From contig NC_068986.1 of assembly GCF_001194135.2 (NCBI RefSeq), positions 98,154,621 through 98,198,654 of the forward strand: a stretch of DNA of 44,034 nt, written 5' to 3'. Position 1 is the first letter of the stretch. The number at the start of each line of letters is the position of its first letter. Below the pieces are notes generated by a model that saw nothing but the letters and a program-made list of their open reading frames with translations, was not told the DNA's origin and did not search any database. Origin of the DNA: Octopus bimaculoides. Lineage: Eukaryota. Below, piece by piece: positions 1 to 11,600 of this stretch. The translations under genes were made by a program, and so were the position numbers.

Positions 1-200
1 ATATGTATGTATGTATGTATGTATGTATATATATGTACATATATATGTATGTATACGTATATATGTATATATATGTATATTTATAAATATATATACATGT
101 ATATTATGTATGTGGGTATGTATTACAAATGTATATATGTGTGTGTATGTATTATGCATGTGTGTATATATTATGAGTATGATTTATGCGTGTACATATG
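1..200. repeat. Compound (TA)n/(TATG)n/(TG)n microsatellite
   Basis: Low-complexity repeat read directly; it generates the MYVC/YI-type ORFs in the track. Confidence 0.95.
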
Positions 201-619
201 TACATGTATTTTGTGTTATGAAAAACTTTGTAAGAAACGGAGAATTTGAGATACTGAGAAAGTACATTTTATTCGTGATTTTCTTTTTTTATCAATTATT
301 GTTCCCATTTTCCTGCTAGCCTTCGTTATCGCATGACCGAACATGAAATTCATTGTACACATGCCCTTTTGGTCACGCAGAATTTATCATTTCTTATATA
401 CCTCTCCAAATGGAAAGTATTTCAAGAGGAGATCCTTGGAAACCAAATGTAATGTATGACGTCAAATCTCACAGTTTTCCCACGTAAACCTGAATATGGT
501 AAAGGATTTTATTGGTAAATGCTTAATATTTCAACTGGCCAGGTGTCACACATGCATAATGAAGCGAGAAAATGAAGCTGAATCAGGTGTACCTGGACTG
601 AGTGAAGAAAAGAGATTCA

Positions 620-1600
620 CTGCAATCAAATTTATTGCTTCATATCACAATTGATCTGAGGCCTGGAAGAGAAAATCACTCCTCCATGTTTATTATGTCC
701 AGATGTTTCATGCTCCATGTTTTCTTTCTCAACAGTAACGCTAGTTACATAGAAGGCAAAAGCAGCATTGAATATTTTCTAACGGCATTTGTGAAACAGA
801 CTCAAAAGGCTGAAGATGGCTGTCTCTGTTACTGAAAAACTGCAGGAGCAGATTAAGGTTTCTAGCCGTTGTTTGGACAGCATGAAATTGATAACGGATA
901 AAAACTTCATACTCCTGTCCATATGTCACGAATATATTTAATAGATACATTAATGTTGAATTCTGCAGTATAGTAAATTCTACTAAAGAAAACAATCTTA
1001 TTTCCAACAACTGCTTTGCTGGTGTTTGGTGGTGCTATTCTAAATTATGAATGATTGCCCGGTGTTCAGCATCTTACTACGCTATTCGAAATTAATCAAG
1101 CGAGTTACTTCGCCATAACAACTGCTTAACTGAAAATAAGACAAGGAAATGATTCAAAGCTTATCACCCTTTTCAATATGTATATCGTATGATCGCTTTG
1201 TGCAAACATTACTGTAACATATTATTATATGAAAAATATACAGCGAAGAGGGACAACGAAAATTTCCCAGCCGATGATAAGCCCTACATAGATTTTAGCA
1301 GGTGCGTTAGAAATGTGGATAAGTACACCTCAGTTAACATGAAAGCTTCAATCTACGACTTCTTTCCCATGGCGTTTCAAGGTGCAAATTCTTTTCAAAA
1401 TCTTCGAAGTCAATGGCTATGTTTATAACAGCTACAGAGACGCATGTTTTGCACATATGTTGAGGGAGCATGATATCCAGTCGCATGCAACATTATCAAA
1501 GAATATTTTTCACTCAAATGTCTAAATGCCATAGTGTTCTTTTTAACATTCTGCATCATAATTTGCGCATCAAACGCTCCAGTATGTCTTTGGCCCGATA
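620..1600 (+). mobile_element. Heavily decayed hAT (Buster/ZBED5-like) transposase remnant
   Basis: Frame-switching translation gives, in the expected order, 'ASY', 'RLKMAVSVTEKLQEQIKVS' (cf. RRIxDMAxDIxxQLxExIKxS), 'YV..INVEF', 'KENNL..NC..GV' (cf. ENxLxWxxCVGVCTDGA) and 'WRFKVQILFKIFEV' (cf. RWLSRGxVLxRxFEL). Many stops and shifts. Confidence 0.5.
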
Positions 1601-2817
1601 TCGTAATGATATTACAATGATTTCAAGCGTCAAACAGAAAAGACATACCCAAGTATGGACATAGAGTATATAGGTGAACCTTTCATTGCAGTACTCATCC
1701 TCATAGGCATTGGGAATAAGCTAAAAAACTTATCTCCTTTCTCTCAAGCCCTCTGAAATCAATAATATAACGGCAGATATTTTGAGGGAGAGATATACCG
1801 AAGCATTCCGAGACTATATTTATAACTATATCTGAGACTATTCTGAGACTTTTAAGGGTCAACTTTTATCGAGTTTTCAGAAATGTATACTACATAGAAG
1901 TGAGGATAACATTGTAACTGTGTGCATCAAAGATGAGGCTGTAGTTATATTTACTTTTCCACTCATGCCAATAGATGTCCTCTTTCAATTCTAAGACTTC
2001 AGTTCTAGGTACGCCTGAGTAAGTTTTTATACGTCAGTAGAAAGTCACAAGCAAATCATTTAGATTTACTGGGACAGTATCTCGAAGAATACTGCTTTGT
2101 GTATAACCAATTTTGTGGGATACTCAACCGGTGGTAACATTCTGGTAACATCCAATGTATTCTGAATCCCGAGATGCTGACATGAGTGTTCAGAATTCCG
2201 AGAAATCGTATGTGTCTAATAATACATCACTTACGACTCAATGCAATTGTGATATCGTTTTTTTACTGATTCATGTATTTCAGTTCCATTGTTTGAATGT
2301 GATAGCTTGCTATGTGTATCCTGCTCTCCAAACGTAATAAAAAAAATATTTCATCTATATCGGTGATTCATCTCTCAACGTTTATATCTACCCATTTTTT
2401 CAAATTATTTTAACTATTCAAGAGTCTCAAGAAAACAAGATAAATGTTATCTACTTTTATTCGTTTCAAATAAAATATATTTGTTTACGATTTCACCTAA
2501 TCCTATTGCTTTAATTCAATCATGTCTTCTTTATTTTACTTAATCTTGTCTTCTTGAACTCGCTATAAATCATTTACACAATTAAATTTCTCTGTATACT
2601 TTAAATATTGAGTATGTGTGTGTAGATGCAAGACGCTATAGATGAAATGGAAAACGATTTCATTTCTTACATGGAAGATAACTTTCAAAGAGAAAAACCA
2701 ACAGAGCACGATTACGAATAGAATATTTAATAAACTGCTTTTATTATAGAATAATCCTGTACCATTTGCAACTACATTTCAGCCGGGTATTCTGCTAATG
2801 CACGCACACTCCTGCAT

Positions 2818-2819
<2 letters not shown>

Positions 2820-2897
<78 letters not shown>
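2820..2897. repeat. (TG)n microsatellite
   Basis: Direct reading. Confidence 0.97.
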
Positions 2898-2900
<3 letters not shown>

Positions 2901-4039
2901 CATGTATGATCCTATGCATATCCTACTCTTTCTCTTTTTAAATTTAGAGTAATTTTTTATCGGTTCCTTACTTGGTAGCAAGGTTGTGAAGGAAATTACC
3001 TTGTATCTCCTTTCGATACTAGTCCTTTTTTTTGTCAGCGTTTGTTTACATCAATTCGGCATTTTCCGTGAGGAGATAAACAAGAGAACATTTTGCACCA
3101 AAAGCTGATGAGTTTCTCACATGATGGCTAACGCAGTATGCTTTGCGCTTACAGAACACCCACATTTAAGTGTGGGTAGATATTATCACTCACTGTTAAT
3201 ACCGTCTCTGTGGCTAATGACAATTCTTTTAACAAGCCCACTGGTTAATCATGACACCAGTTCTGGCACTTCTTTTCTATATGTCACAGGTGAAGATGAA
3301 TCACTACTGTCTCTAGCGTTTGATGTCCATGATTGACAAGACCAAGGTAGGTAGAAATCACGTTATCTGGTGGTTTCAGCGCTGGAGATAATAAAGATTT
3401 ACCTCTACGGTAGCGATATATACAAGAGTGCATTTTCAAGTAAAAGCCATTATGAAAGTTTCTCTCATTGTAATTGCCGCAATATAGTTTATTGTAACAG
3501 AACATCCACGTTTAACTCAGGATAAATATTGCCTCTCGGTATTAATACTGCCTCTGTAGCTAAAAAATAATGTTTAATAAGATATGTCTAGCGCTTTAAC
3601 GATTCCGCAACCAAATCAGGAGTAAAATACAATATAAGAATAAGAATATATGCATGTGTGTCTTTATCTGTATGTTTATATATGCACGAAGACATACAAT
3701 ATCTGATTCATTTTTAACTTTGTTTCAATTCAAAAGATTACTTATTTATTAAGCTCACGATAATGGACATTTAACTATAAAGGTTATAGGATGTACTTCG
3801 CTGTCTAGACTGTTGCATATACAAAAAAACATCGTTATATTGACGTATATTTTATCATTTATATATATTATATATTTTATATCAATGTCTTACGTTGTTT
3901 ACCATTCCCTTCACTACATTAAAAAACGCACTAAATGTTTCATTACATGGAACACACACGCGCGCGCACATACATACACATCTATTTATCCACACAGACA
4001 CATCTGTTTACACACACACGTATATATAGATATATATAA

Positions 4040-4197
4040 AATTCTTTTCTACACTAGGCACAAGGCCCGAAATTATTGGGGAGGGGGCCAGTCGATTAGA
4101 TCAACCCAGTATGCATCTGGTATCTAATTTATCGACCCTGAAAGCAGACGAAATACTGCTAAGCGTTGCGCCCGGCGTGCTAACGTTTCTGCCAGAG
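4040..4197 (-). mobile_element. tRNA-derived SINE, family A, internally deleted
   Basis: Reverse complement reads CTGGCAGAAACGTTAGCACGCCGGGCG...GGGTCGATAAATTAG...GATCTAATCGACTGGCCCCC...GGCCTTGTGCCTAGTGTAGAAAAG. Matches copies at 20321, 22388, 26226 and 26444. Confidence 0.75.
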
Positions 4198-4276
4198 GTA
4201 TACATATATAATTAACATATCCTCATAACCAAAAAATTCTTCTGAAGAAACTTTTGCAAACAGGTATATATCGTCT

Positions 4277-4724
4277 TGTTACGACCAGCCGTCATCCAGG
4301 TTGGTCACGTTCGTCCGTACTCCCACTCGGTTTGTGAAGGCTTTCCTTTTCTCCTTTGTGCCAACCTACTTGGTTCGTCTGATAATCGAAAGGCCATTTC
4401 TTTTATTTATTTATGTTGTAACTATAATTATTTTCCTTTTGTTGTATAGCCGAAAGGCGTTTTTCCATTGTATATATATATAATTCTTTTTCTGATGCAC
4501 TTGTATCATTATTTCCTCACGTTACCTTCGTCGAATAGTCGAAAGACCCTTTCTGTTATTTATTTATTGCTAAATGTACAATTGTTTTCGTCATGTATAG
4601 CCGAATGGTGTTTGTCGTTCGTCTGTGTATCTTGCTAGTTTTCTTGTTCTTGTTTTAATTCTTGCTTTCGTTCTCGTGTAGATTTGTTTGCTTTTCCCAG
4701 AAGCTTAATGCTCCTAGCTTAACA
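4277..4724. mobile_element. Possible solo LTR (TGTTA...TAACA) with internal duplication
   Basis: A ~450-bp block bounded by the inverted termini TGTTA/TAACA, with an internal diverged ~150-bp duplication. No TSD, PBS or PPT seen. Confidence 0.35.
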
Positions 4725-4857
4725 TTTGCCGGATTAGAGCGATCTCAGGGATGAATAAGTGCGAAACCTCTAAGACTTTCCGGATACTGAGTGATGAGGA
4801 AATCGGTGACGAATGTTCCATGTATCTAGTTTTTGTCTACACAATTATGTAACAGTT

Positions 4858-4922
4858 ATGTACTGGGATCGATCTAATCGACTTCCCCCTCCCCACAAAA
4901 ATTTCAGGCCTGGAAAAGAATA
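4858..4922 (+). mobile_element. SINE family A 3' fragment
   Basis: TACTGGGATCGATCTAATCGACTTCCCCC...AAATTTCAGGCC matches the 3' part of the other family A copies. Confidence 0.55.
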
Positions 4923-5092
4923 TTGTGACACTTGCAGAATATAGAAAGTAGCGTAACACCAATGACTGTATAATCCAACCAAAATATCTCAGTTACACAA
5001 ACGTTAAAAGAATTACTATTTAACCTGAAAATACATCGTACATATTCAAAGAACCTTCTTGGTTTAGTGGTACCAAACGTTCTTCATGTATT

Positions 5093-5290
5093 CTTTTATT
5101 ATATTACCTGCTTCAGTCATTCGACGGTGGCCATGCTGGAGCACCACCCTTTAATCGGAAAAATTGACCCCTGGACTTATTCCCTGTAAGTCTAGTGCTT
5201 ATTCTATCTGTCTCTACTGCTGAACAGCTAAATTACAGAGACGCAAATGCACCAACATCGGTTGTGAAGCAATGGTGGTGGTGGTTTTGG
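5093..5290 (-). mobile_element. SINE family B 3' half
   Basis: Reverse complement of ...GGTGGTGCTCCAGCATGGCC...AATGACTGAA...AAAAGA, as in the copies at 12.7-12.9 kb and 29.1-29.2 kb. Confidence 0.65.
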
Positions 5291-5519
5291 GGTGTTTGGC
5301 AAACTTAGACACAAACACACAGACACATACACATATTAAACCTAGCCTTTTTCTGCTAGCCACTCGATAATATTTCCACATTTGATTCCCAATTCTAATA
5401 ATTTGCTTAGTAAATATTGCTTTCATTATTTTATCATTCATAGTCTCTCTTTTTGAAAGAGTCAATCCGTCATAACTTTATCTTTAATAATTGGTTGAAC
5501 TTAAATACGTGTGTATAAT

Positions 5520-5544
5520 TAGTTAGATAGATAGATAGAGAGAG

Positions 5545-5585
<41 letters not shown>

Positions 5586-5735
5586 GTTTTAGTAGTTAGG
5601 TAGGTATGTAGGTAGGTAGGTAGGTAGGTAGGTAGGCAGAGAGACAGATAGACAGACAGATAGACAGACAGACAGACGGACGGACGGACGGACGGACGGA
5701 CGGACAGACAGGCAGACAGACAGACGGATAGACGG

Positions 5736-5774
<39 letters not shown>

Positions 5775-5787
5775 TAGACAGACAGAC

Positions 5788-5839
<52 letters not shown>

Positions 5840-5860
5840 GGAGATTTACACACACACACA
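5520..5860. repeat. Compound (TAGA)/(GA)/(TAGG)/(CAGA)/(CGGA) microsatellite
   Basis: Direct reading; source of the SIYL/SVCL/PTYL ORFs. Confidence 0.97.
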
Positions 5861-6080
5861 TACATAGGAAAGCCTGGTACAGTGAGAATACATAGGAATG
5901 ACGTTTCCTTACTTTTTCAAACACTTCCAAGTATAGGATGATCTAATATAACGATATCATTCATTCGGCATGTGTTGAAATATGCCAAAACAATTTAATT
6001 CCACACAAATATATACTACTTTACATATAATTTATGTGTTAATTCTATTTACTGAAACTTGCTAAAAAGCATATTTTGCT

Positions 6081-6745
6081 TTAAAGTAGTATTTCGTTGT
6101 AAACACAATTGTTAGTAATCATACTGTTTCCATTTCTCTCAACCAATATTTTTACATTAGCGCTCTTTCGAACTCTAGCTAATGCCACATACAGCTGACA
6201 ATGTGAGAAGATTTTAACCTAAGCCTCAAGAACATGATCATGTAAACTGACAATGATGTCCATTAGTTGTAACTAAATTTTACAGAAGCATTATGCATCG
6301 TTTTTTTCTTCAGTTCGAGAATGTGTGATGGAAATCCTGATGGTGTAAGTTTTTTGATGAACTTTATTGGGTACAGAGTTTCATTATCAACTGTATCTGA
6401 GCTTCTGTATATATTTAGCTCACCAGGGATCCTGGTCAACAGAAAACCATTCACATAATGTGCTGCTTCATTTGTTGGAATAACGATGGTTCTATTTGCA
6501 ACCCACACAGGGTTTGTGAAGTTATTTTTCAGGTCAGCATATACACAATTACATAGTTCTGAAAGAGTACCACTTTCAAGGCAAGGTTCATTGGGTAGTT
6601 TGATTTTGAATTCACCTAGATTTTGTTGAACAGAAATGTTACCATTTCCTACATCAAGAATGTAATTAGCAAACTCTCTGTCATCAGAATGACTTTCTGT
6701 AAGAAGTCTTAGATGAGTTGTCAACTCCACTACTTCCACATAATC
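6081..6745 (-). mobile_element. Helitron RepHel remnant: C-terminal PIF1-type SF1 helicase domain
   Basis: ORF 6263..6802 contains 'VELTTHLR', 'FANYILDVGNG', 'RTIVIPTNEAAHYVN', 'YRSSDTV' and 'YPIKFIKKLTPSGFPSHILELK'. After a frameshift it continues 'CIMLL*NL..TNG', 'HVLEA' and 'IFSHCQLYVALARVRKSANVKIL...NNCVYNEILL*' (motif VI and typical C-terminus, stop at 6083-6081). Confidence 0.92.
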
Positions 6746-6859
6746 GCTTTCTATCTGTTTGTCTCTTTCTCTCATCTCTTTCTCTTCTTCTCTCTCAGTC
6801 ATTGCTCACATGTGACCATCGTCCATCTTTGTATTTCTCAAGTAACCACTTTTCTTCTC

Positions 6860-7330
6860 CTGCACGACCGTTTAAAAGAACGAACGTGGTTTTTTTCTCT
6901 CTCTCTCTTCTACCTTTCCTCTTTTCAAAAAATGTTTCCCCCAGCGTTCACTATTTTCCTCCCATTCTGGTCTAACGGCCGTCCATCTTTTTTTTTTTTT
7001 TCGGTTTTTCCTGTATGTTTCCACTTTGTATGTTCCCTTCTTTGACCTTCCGTAAATTCTAAACTTTATTTTAGAATTCATGAGAGCAGCTATCTTTGAA
7101 GAGTTATATTGTTATTGAATACTCGAAACGTGGAGTAGATACACAGCCGACAACTGATGAAGGGTCCTTTCTCTGTGTCTACTTGTCCTGTTTTCCATAT
7201 TTTTTCATTGTTTATGTATTTAACTCATTTTGTTTCGTATTCGTTGTTATTTGCACCGTTGGTGATGTCCTGTACCCATATATGCATGTGTATAAGTATA
7301 TTAAATATTATTTACTACTTATATGTATGC
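6860..7330 (+). repeat. Dispersed repeat related to 40376-40675; possibly a Penelope pseudo-LTR
   Basis: Collinear shared words with 40376-40675: CAGCGTTCA, CCCAT(T)CTGG, TTTTCCTGT, GAAGAG...CGAAACG, CTGATGAAGG. The Penelope link is inference from the hammerhead-like words. Confidence 0.35.
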
Positions 7331-7924
7331 ATGTATGTATGTATGTATGTATGTATGTATGTGTGTACGTATTAAATAAAGGAAGAAGAAAACAAAACCA
7401 AGGGAGAACAAATCTTGATTCATTACCTGAAATATCACAGAAAGAGTTGTAAGACATCATTATTTAATTTTTTTTACTCATTTCGATTCACCATTAAAAT
7501 AATTTAAATGATTTGATAAGCTTCTCCTGCCTTAATGTTTACCCGCTGACGCAAAAGTAGGCTACAGATCCCAAACTCCAGTCCTCATAATGATCTTGAG
7601 TCCTAGTAGCTAATGAATTGTAGCATTCAGACAGTGTATATTTTAGTTTAGATCCAGTTTATAAGTGATCACTGTGCAATGACTAAGTTAATTAGTCTAA
7701 TATGGAGGCATATAAAGCCTCGACAGAAAAAGTAAGGTTTGCGTACGGCAAACGATACTCTTTTTTCCATCGCGGGCTTATATAATCGACTATTTAATTT
7801 AGTCAATGTACAGTGAGCGCATATAAGCTTTAAGCTCATAAAAATTATTATTATTATCATTATCATTTACAAATTATATAATTCGGCACCGCTTACCAAA
7901 TAATCGTGTGTGTGTGTATACGCG

Positions 7925-8145
7925 CATGATCGTAAGATTGTGGTTTCGATTCCTGGACCGGGCGACGCGTTGTGCTCTTGAGCAAAACACTTCATTTCAC
8001 GTTGCTCCAGTCCACTCAGCTGGCAAAAATGAGTAACGCTGCGATGGACTGGGGTCCCGTCCAGCCGGGGAAGACATACGCCATTGAAACCGGGAAACCG
8101 GGCCCATGAGCCTGGCTAGGTTTTAAAAGGGCCGCATTTATTTTT
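7925..8145 (+). mobile_element. tRNA-derived SINE, family D (V-domain-like core)
   Basis: B-box-like GGTTTCGATTCC at ~7942, then TTGAGCAAAACACTT..GTTGCTCCAG..GCGATGGACTGGGGTCCCGTCCAG. As recalled, this resembles V-SINE central domains. 5' A-box missing. Confidence 0.65.
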
Positions 8146-9390
8146 TATTATATATATATTTATATATATCCATTTTATATAGTAGAAGTAGTGTTAGAAT
8201 GAAATACCCATCTTTGTATTACATTTAATATAAATTTACGGGAGGTATTATTAGGGAGATTAGCATCTCTAGAAGAGGTTCTGTGCTTTAAAATACAATA
8301 TATACTGGAGGCACATGAAAATCATCCCATAGTGGTTACCAAAGATGCCTGATGCATTTCCGCCACGTTGGAACATTGTCAATAGCATGCATTTATAACC
8401 AGCCACATTCTAAGATGAAATCTGTTACCACCTAATGACAAAAAAGAGAAGTAGCATTAGATTAGAGAGAAAGAAACTGATACAGAAAGAAACCGTGAAA
8501 TAGATTATGATAGATTATACTAGTATGTCACAGAACATTACTGATTTACGAGCGAGCTGGAATTCTTTGTAATGAAAAATAAAACGAAACTAGAAAGAAG
8601 AATATATAATATAATGATGAAAAACTTCTCATAACGTAAAAATGTTCTTAAAATTGGCGGAAACTTTCTCTGCTTAAAGAAATATAAGGATTTAAAAAGT
8701 AATCTGAATCAAAATCATCACATTGAAACGCAAAACTCTTTCAGCTAAACAGATGACATTTGGAAGCTAAGATATTAAAGATATATAGAATAACTTTTAG
8801 CAATTTGAGGCAATTTACGCAACATATAACTCTTCCATAATATCAAAGTTTAATAACAGAATATTTACTTTTTAACAAAATTCTGATAATGTCGTATGAT
8901 TTGCAATCAACTAAATGTCAGCGCAAAATCCTTTTGCTTGCTTAAAATTTGCTGCAGATTGGAAACTTCTGTCAATATAGCTCCGTGCTAGACTATGGAG
9001 TTAATAAAATAGCTTCCGAATATGTTGGATCCATGTTCGCTCCCACTGCGAGTAACCTATAGATCATTTTCCTTTAATTTATTGAATTAAATTATCGTTT
9101 GAATAAATAAATAATTCAAAATAATATTAATTTTTTGAAAAGAATTGATAATGAGATAAATGAGAAAATAAAGTATTTGTTATGGGAGGTTCTTCAAAAT
9201 GGTTAAAACTGATTAATCGGGAAAAGTGGAACTGGTTATCTATTATAGCTTGAACATAGTGAAGATAAACTGCAAAATATATAGTTAATATTTTAATTAT
9301 TATTTTAAAGCAAATAATGATACTGTGTATATGAGAACAGAAGGTATGATTGGCAAGGATTAGAGAGCTTTGTTTGAGTGTTTAATAAGT

Positions 9391-9773
9391 GTTGTTGGCA
9401 CTCCGTCGCTTACGACGTCGAGGGTTACAATTGATCCGATCGACGGAACAGCTTGCTCGGGAAATTAATGTTCAAGTGGCTGAACACTCCACAGACACGT
9501 GTACCCTTAACGTAGTTCTCGGGGATATTCAGCGTGACACAGTGTAACAAGGCTGACCCTTTGAATTACAGGCACAGCAGAAACAGGAAGTAAGAGTGAG
9601 AGAAATTTGTGGTGAAAGAGTACAGCAGGGTTCGCCACCATCCTTGCTGGAGCCACGTGGAGTTTTTAGGTGTTTCCGCTCAATAAACACTCACAACGCC
9701 CAGTCTGGGAATCGAAATCGCGATCCTATGACCGTGAGTCCGCTGCCCTAACCACTGGGCCATTGCGCTTCCA
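9391..9773 (-). mobile_element. tRNA-derived SINE, family C, near full length
   Basis: Minus strand starts TGGAAGCGCAATGGCCCAGTGGTTAGGGCAGCGGACTCACGGTCATAGGATCGCGATTTCGATTCCCAGACTGGG (A- and B-box-like), followed by a ~300-bp non-tRNA body. Confidence 0.85.
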
Positions 9774-9959
9774 CTTTAATACGTGTAAATAAGCCTTTAC
9801 GGAGGCTTCGTCGTTACATACGGTTTATCTTGAAGATACTTTAGACTTTGCGGAGCGCAGCTTTGTCGAGGTTATCCTACAACTGACTTCTTCCAGAAAG
9901 AAGAAAGACAAAGTGAACAATAGCATCATTGAAAGAAAAGCGTAGAAGACTGATACTTC

Positions 9960-10050
9960 ATTTATGGATTCCGAAGTACTAAAGGCAATGTTGAGTTCAG
10001 GGAAATTTTATCTCAGAGTACAGACGGCGAGAACGGCTGAGCAATGCAAC
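9960..10050 (-). mobile_element. Very decayed SINE family A fragment
   Basis: ATTTATGGATTCCGAAGTACTAAAGGCAATGTTGAGTTCAGGGAAATTT aligns loosely to the reverse complement of the family A core. Confidence 0.35.
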
Positions 10051-10689
10051 ATATCCGATGCTGTGACTACTCGCAATATAGCAGCCCTCACTGCAGAGAT
10101 GAGAAATATACGACAAATCAAAGAATGAGTATGGACTGAGAGATAGAAGTTTGATCTGAGTGACAATAATTACTGTATAATATCAACGATTATATCATTC
10201 TATAAGCTTATGTGTTTAATAAAAACTGCAAAGATCGTCTTTTTCACATATGTTGTATACTTGGTTTTGAAAATTTATAAAAGATTTGTTTCTGCGCGTG
10301 TTTATAGAAAGTATTTTCATGATGCGTCCGTGGATAATTAATTCCAACATGGTTGGGTTAACACAATCGAAACAATAGATATTTCAGTAAAACGCCAAGT
10401 AGAAATTAATCACAATTTTTATCTAGCCAAGTCTATGCAAATATCTAAATTTCAAATACTACTATACAATGGCAGTAAAAAAAGTTGGTATATCATGTCA
10501 AAGAAAATCAGATAAATACCAATTTACAATTTTACAAATTTTTCTCACAATACGCTTTTCCCTGGTTACTTGCGTCAGTTCTTCAAGCAGACTAGAATAA
10601 AGAATTCTCCTGTAATCAGAGACAAAATAATAGTCTGTATTGCACGCATACACACACGCTACTATTTACACACATGCACGTATACGAAT

Positions 10690-10748
<59 letters not shown>

Positions 10749-10971
10749 NNNNNNNNNNNNNNNNNNNNNNNNNNNNNNNNNNNNNNNNNNNNNNNNNNNN
10801 NNNNNNNNNNNNNNNNNNNNNNNNNNNNNNNNNNNNNNNNNNNNNNNNNNNNNNNNNNNNNNNNNNNNNNNNNNNNNNNNNNNNNNNNNNNNNNNNNNNN
10901 NNNNNNNNNNNNNNNNNNNNNNNNNNNNNNNNNNNNNNNNNNNNNNNNNNNNNNNNNNNNNNNNNNNNNNN

Positions 10972-11011
<40 letters not shown>

Positions 11012-11024
11012 TTATTGTGGAGAT

Positions 11025-11105
11025 GAGTTTTGTCAGGTATGTCTACTCTACACCTTGTAAAACAACAATTGATCTGAAGAGTCACCTCCGAGCACATTTG
11101 TGTTT
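11025..11105 (+). pseudogene. Decayed single C2H2 finger, probably a LINE ORF2 C-terminus
   Basis: 'FVRYVYSTPCKTTIDLKSHLRAH' parallels 'FVCTVCDRPCLSFAGLKSHLRTH' at 18.03 kb; both Cys ligands are mutated. Confidence 0.45.
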
Positions 11106-11223
11106 GACAGCGAGCATTTGAGTAAACATTTCAATAATGAGAAGTCTATCATCTGACATGATAGAACAATCATTACATGTGTTGGGGGACGTGCACATAT
11201 GTGTGTGTATATAAATATACATA

Positions 11224-11265
<42 letters not shown>

Positions 11266-11387
11266 AACACACATATACATACACACATATATATACTTTT
11301 ATTCTTATACATCATTAAGTCATCGAATGGAGCTTGCTGGAGCATCACTTAATACAGTGTAATCGTAAATTAGATTAAATATATAAA

Positions 11388-11443
<56 letters not shown>

Positions 11444-11489
11444 TGTGTGTGTCTGTGTGCGTGCGTGCTTGCGTTAACACGGTAGACTC

Positions 11490-11600
11490 ACGAGTCCTTC
11501 CTGTGCGGAAATAAACACAGGAGAAAGTTCGCATTCTAAACAACATTGTGAGAATACACCTGAATGACGTCATTGGATACTAGTACGCATGCGCTTCTGC
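11490..11600. promoter_or_regulatory. Candidate promoter-type motif cluster (ETS-like, CRE, CCAAT, NRF1-like)
   Basis: CGGAAAT 11506-11512; palindromic ATGACGTCAT 11564-11573; ATTGG 11572-11576; ACGCATGCGC 11585-11594. All lie within 90 bp of CpG-containing, apparently unique sequence. Confidence 0.3.

Noticed and set aside
7-319. ORFs rich in YI/MYVC/HT/CV/SL/RE repeats throughout the track
   Set aside because: They are translations of microsatellites, not proteins.
457-464. Isolated TGACGTCA (CRE) site
   Set aside because: A single 8-mer with no supporting cluster; expected by chance.
3121-3345. 71-aa hydrophobic ORF and an AG...GT-bounded 57-bp segment (tcacag|GTGAAG...CCAAG|gtaggt)
   Set aside because: No recognisable homology, stops in all three frames of the putative exon, and no partner exons found. 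Only RNA-seq could rescue it.
3337-3355. 15-nt match AGACCAAGGTAGGTA shared with ~39808
   Set aside because: No extension on either side; treated as coincidence.
9700-9773. tRNA-like sequence here and at other SINE heads
   Set aside because: A/B boxes run into SINE bodies with no complete cloverleaf or oligo-T terminator; these are SINE heads, not tRNA genes.
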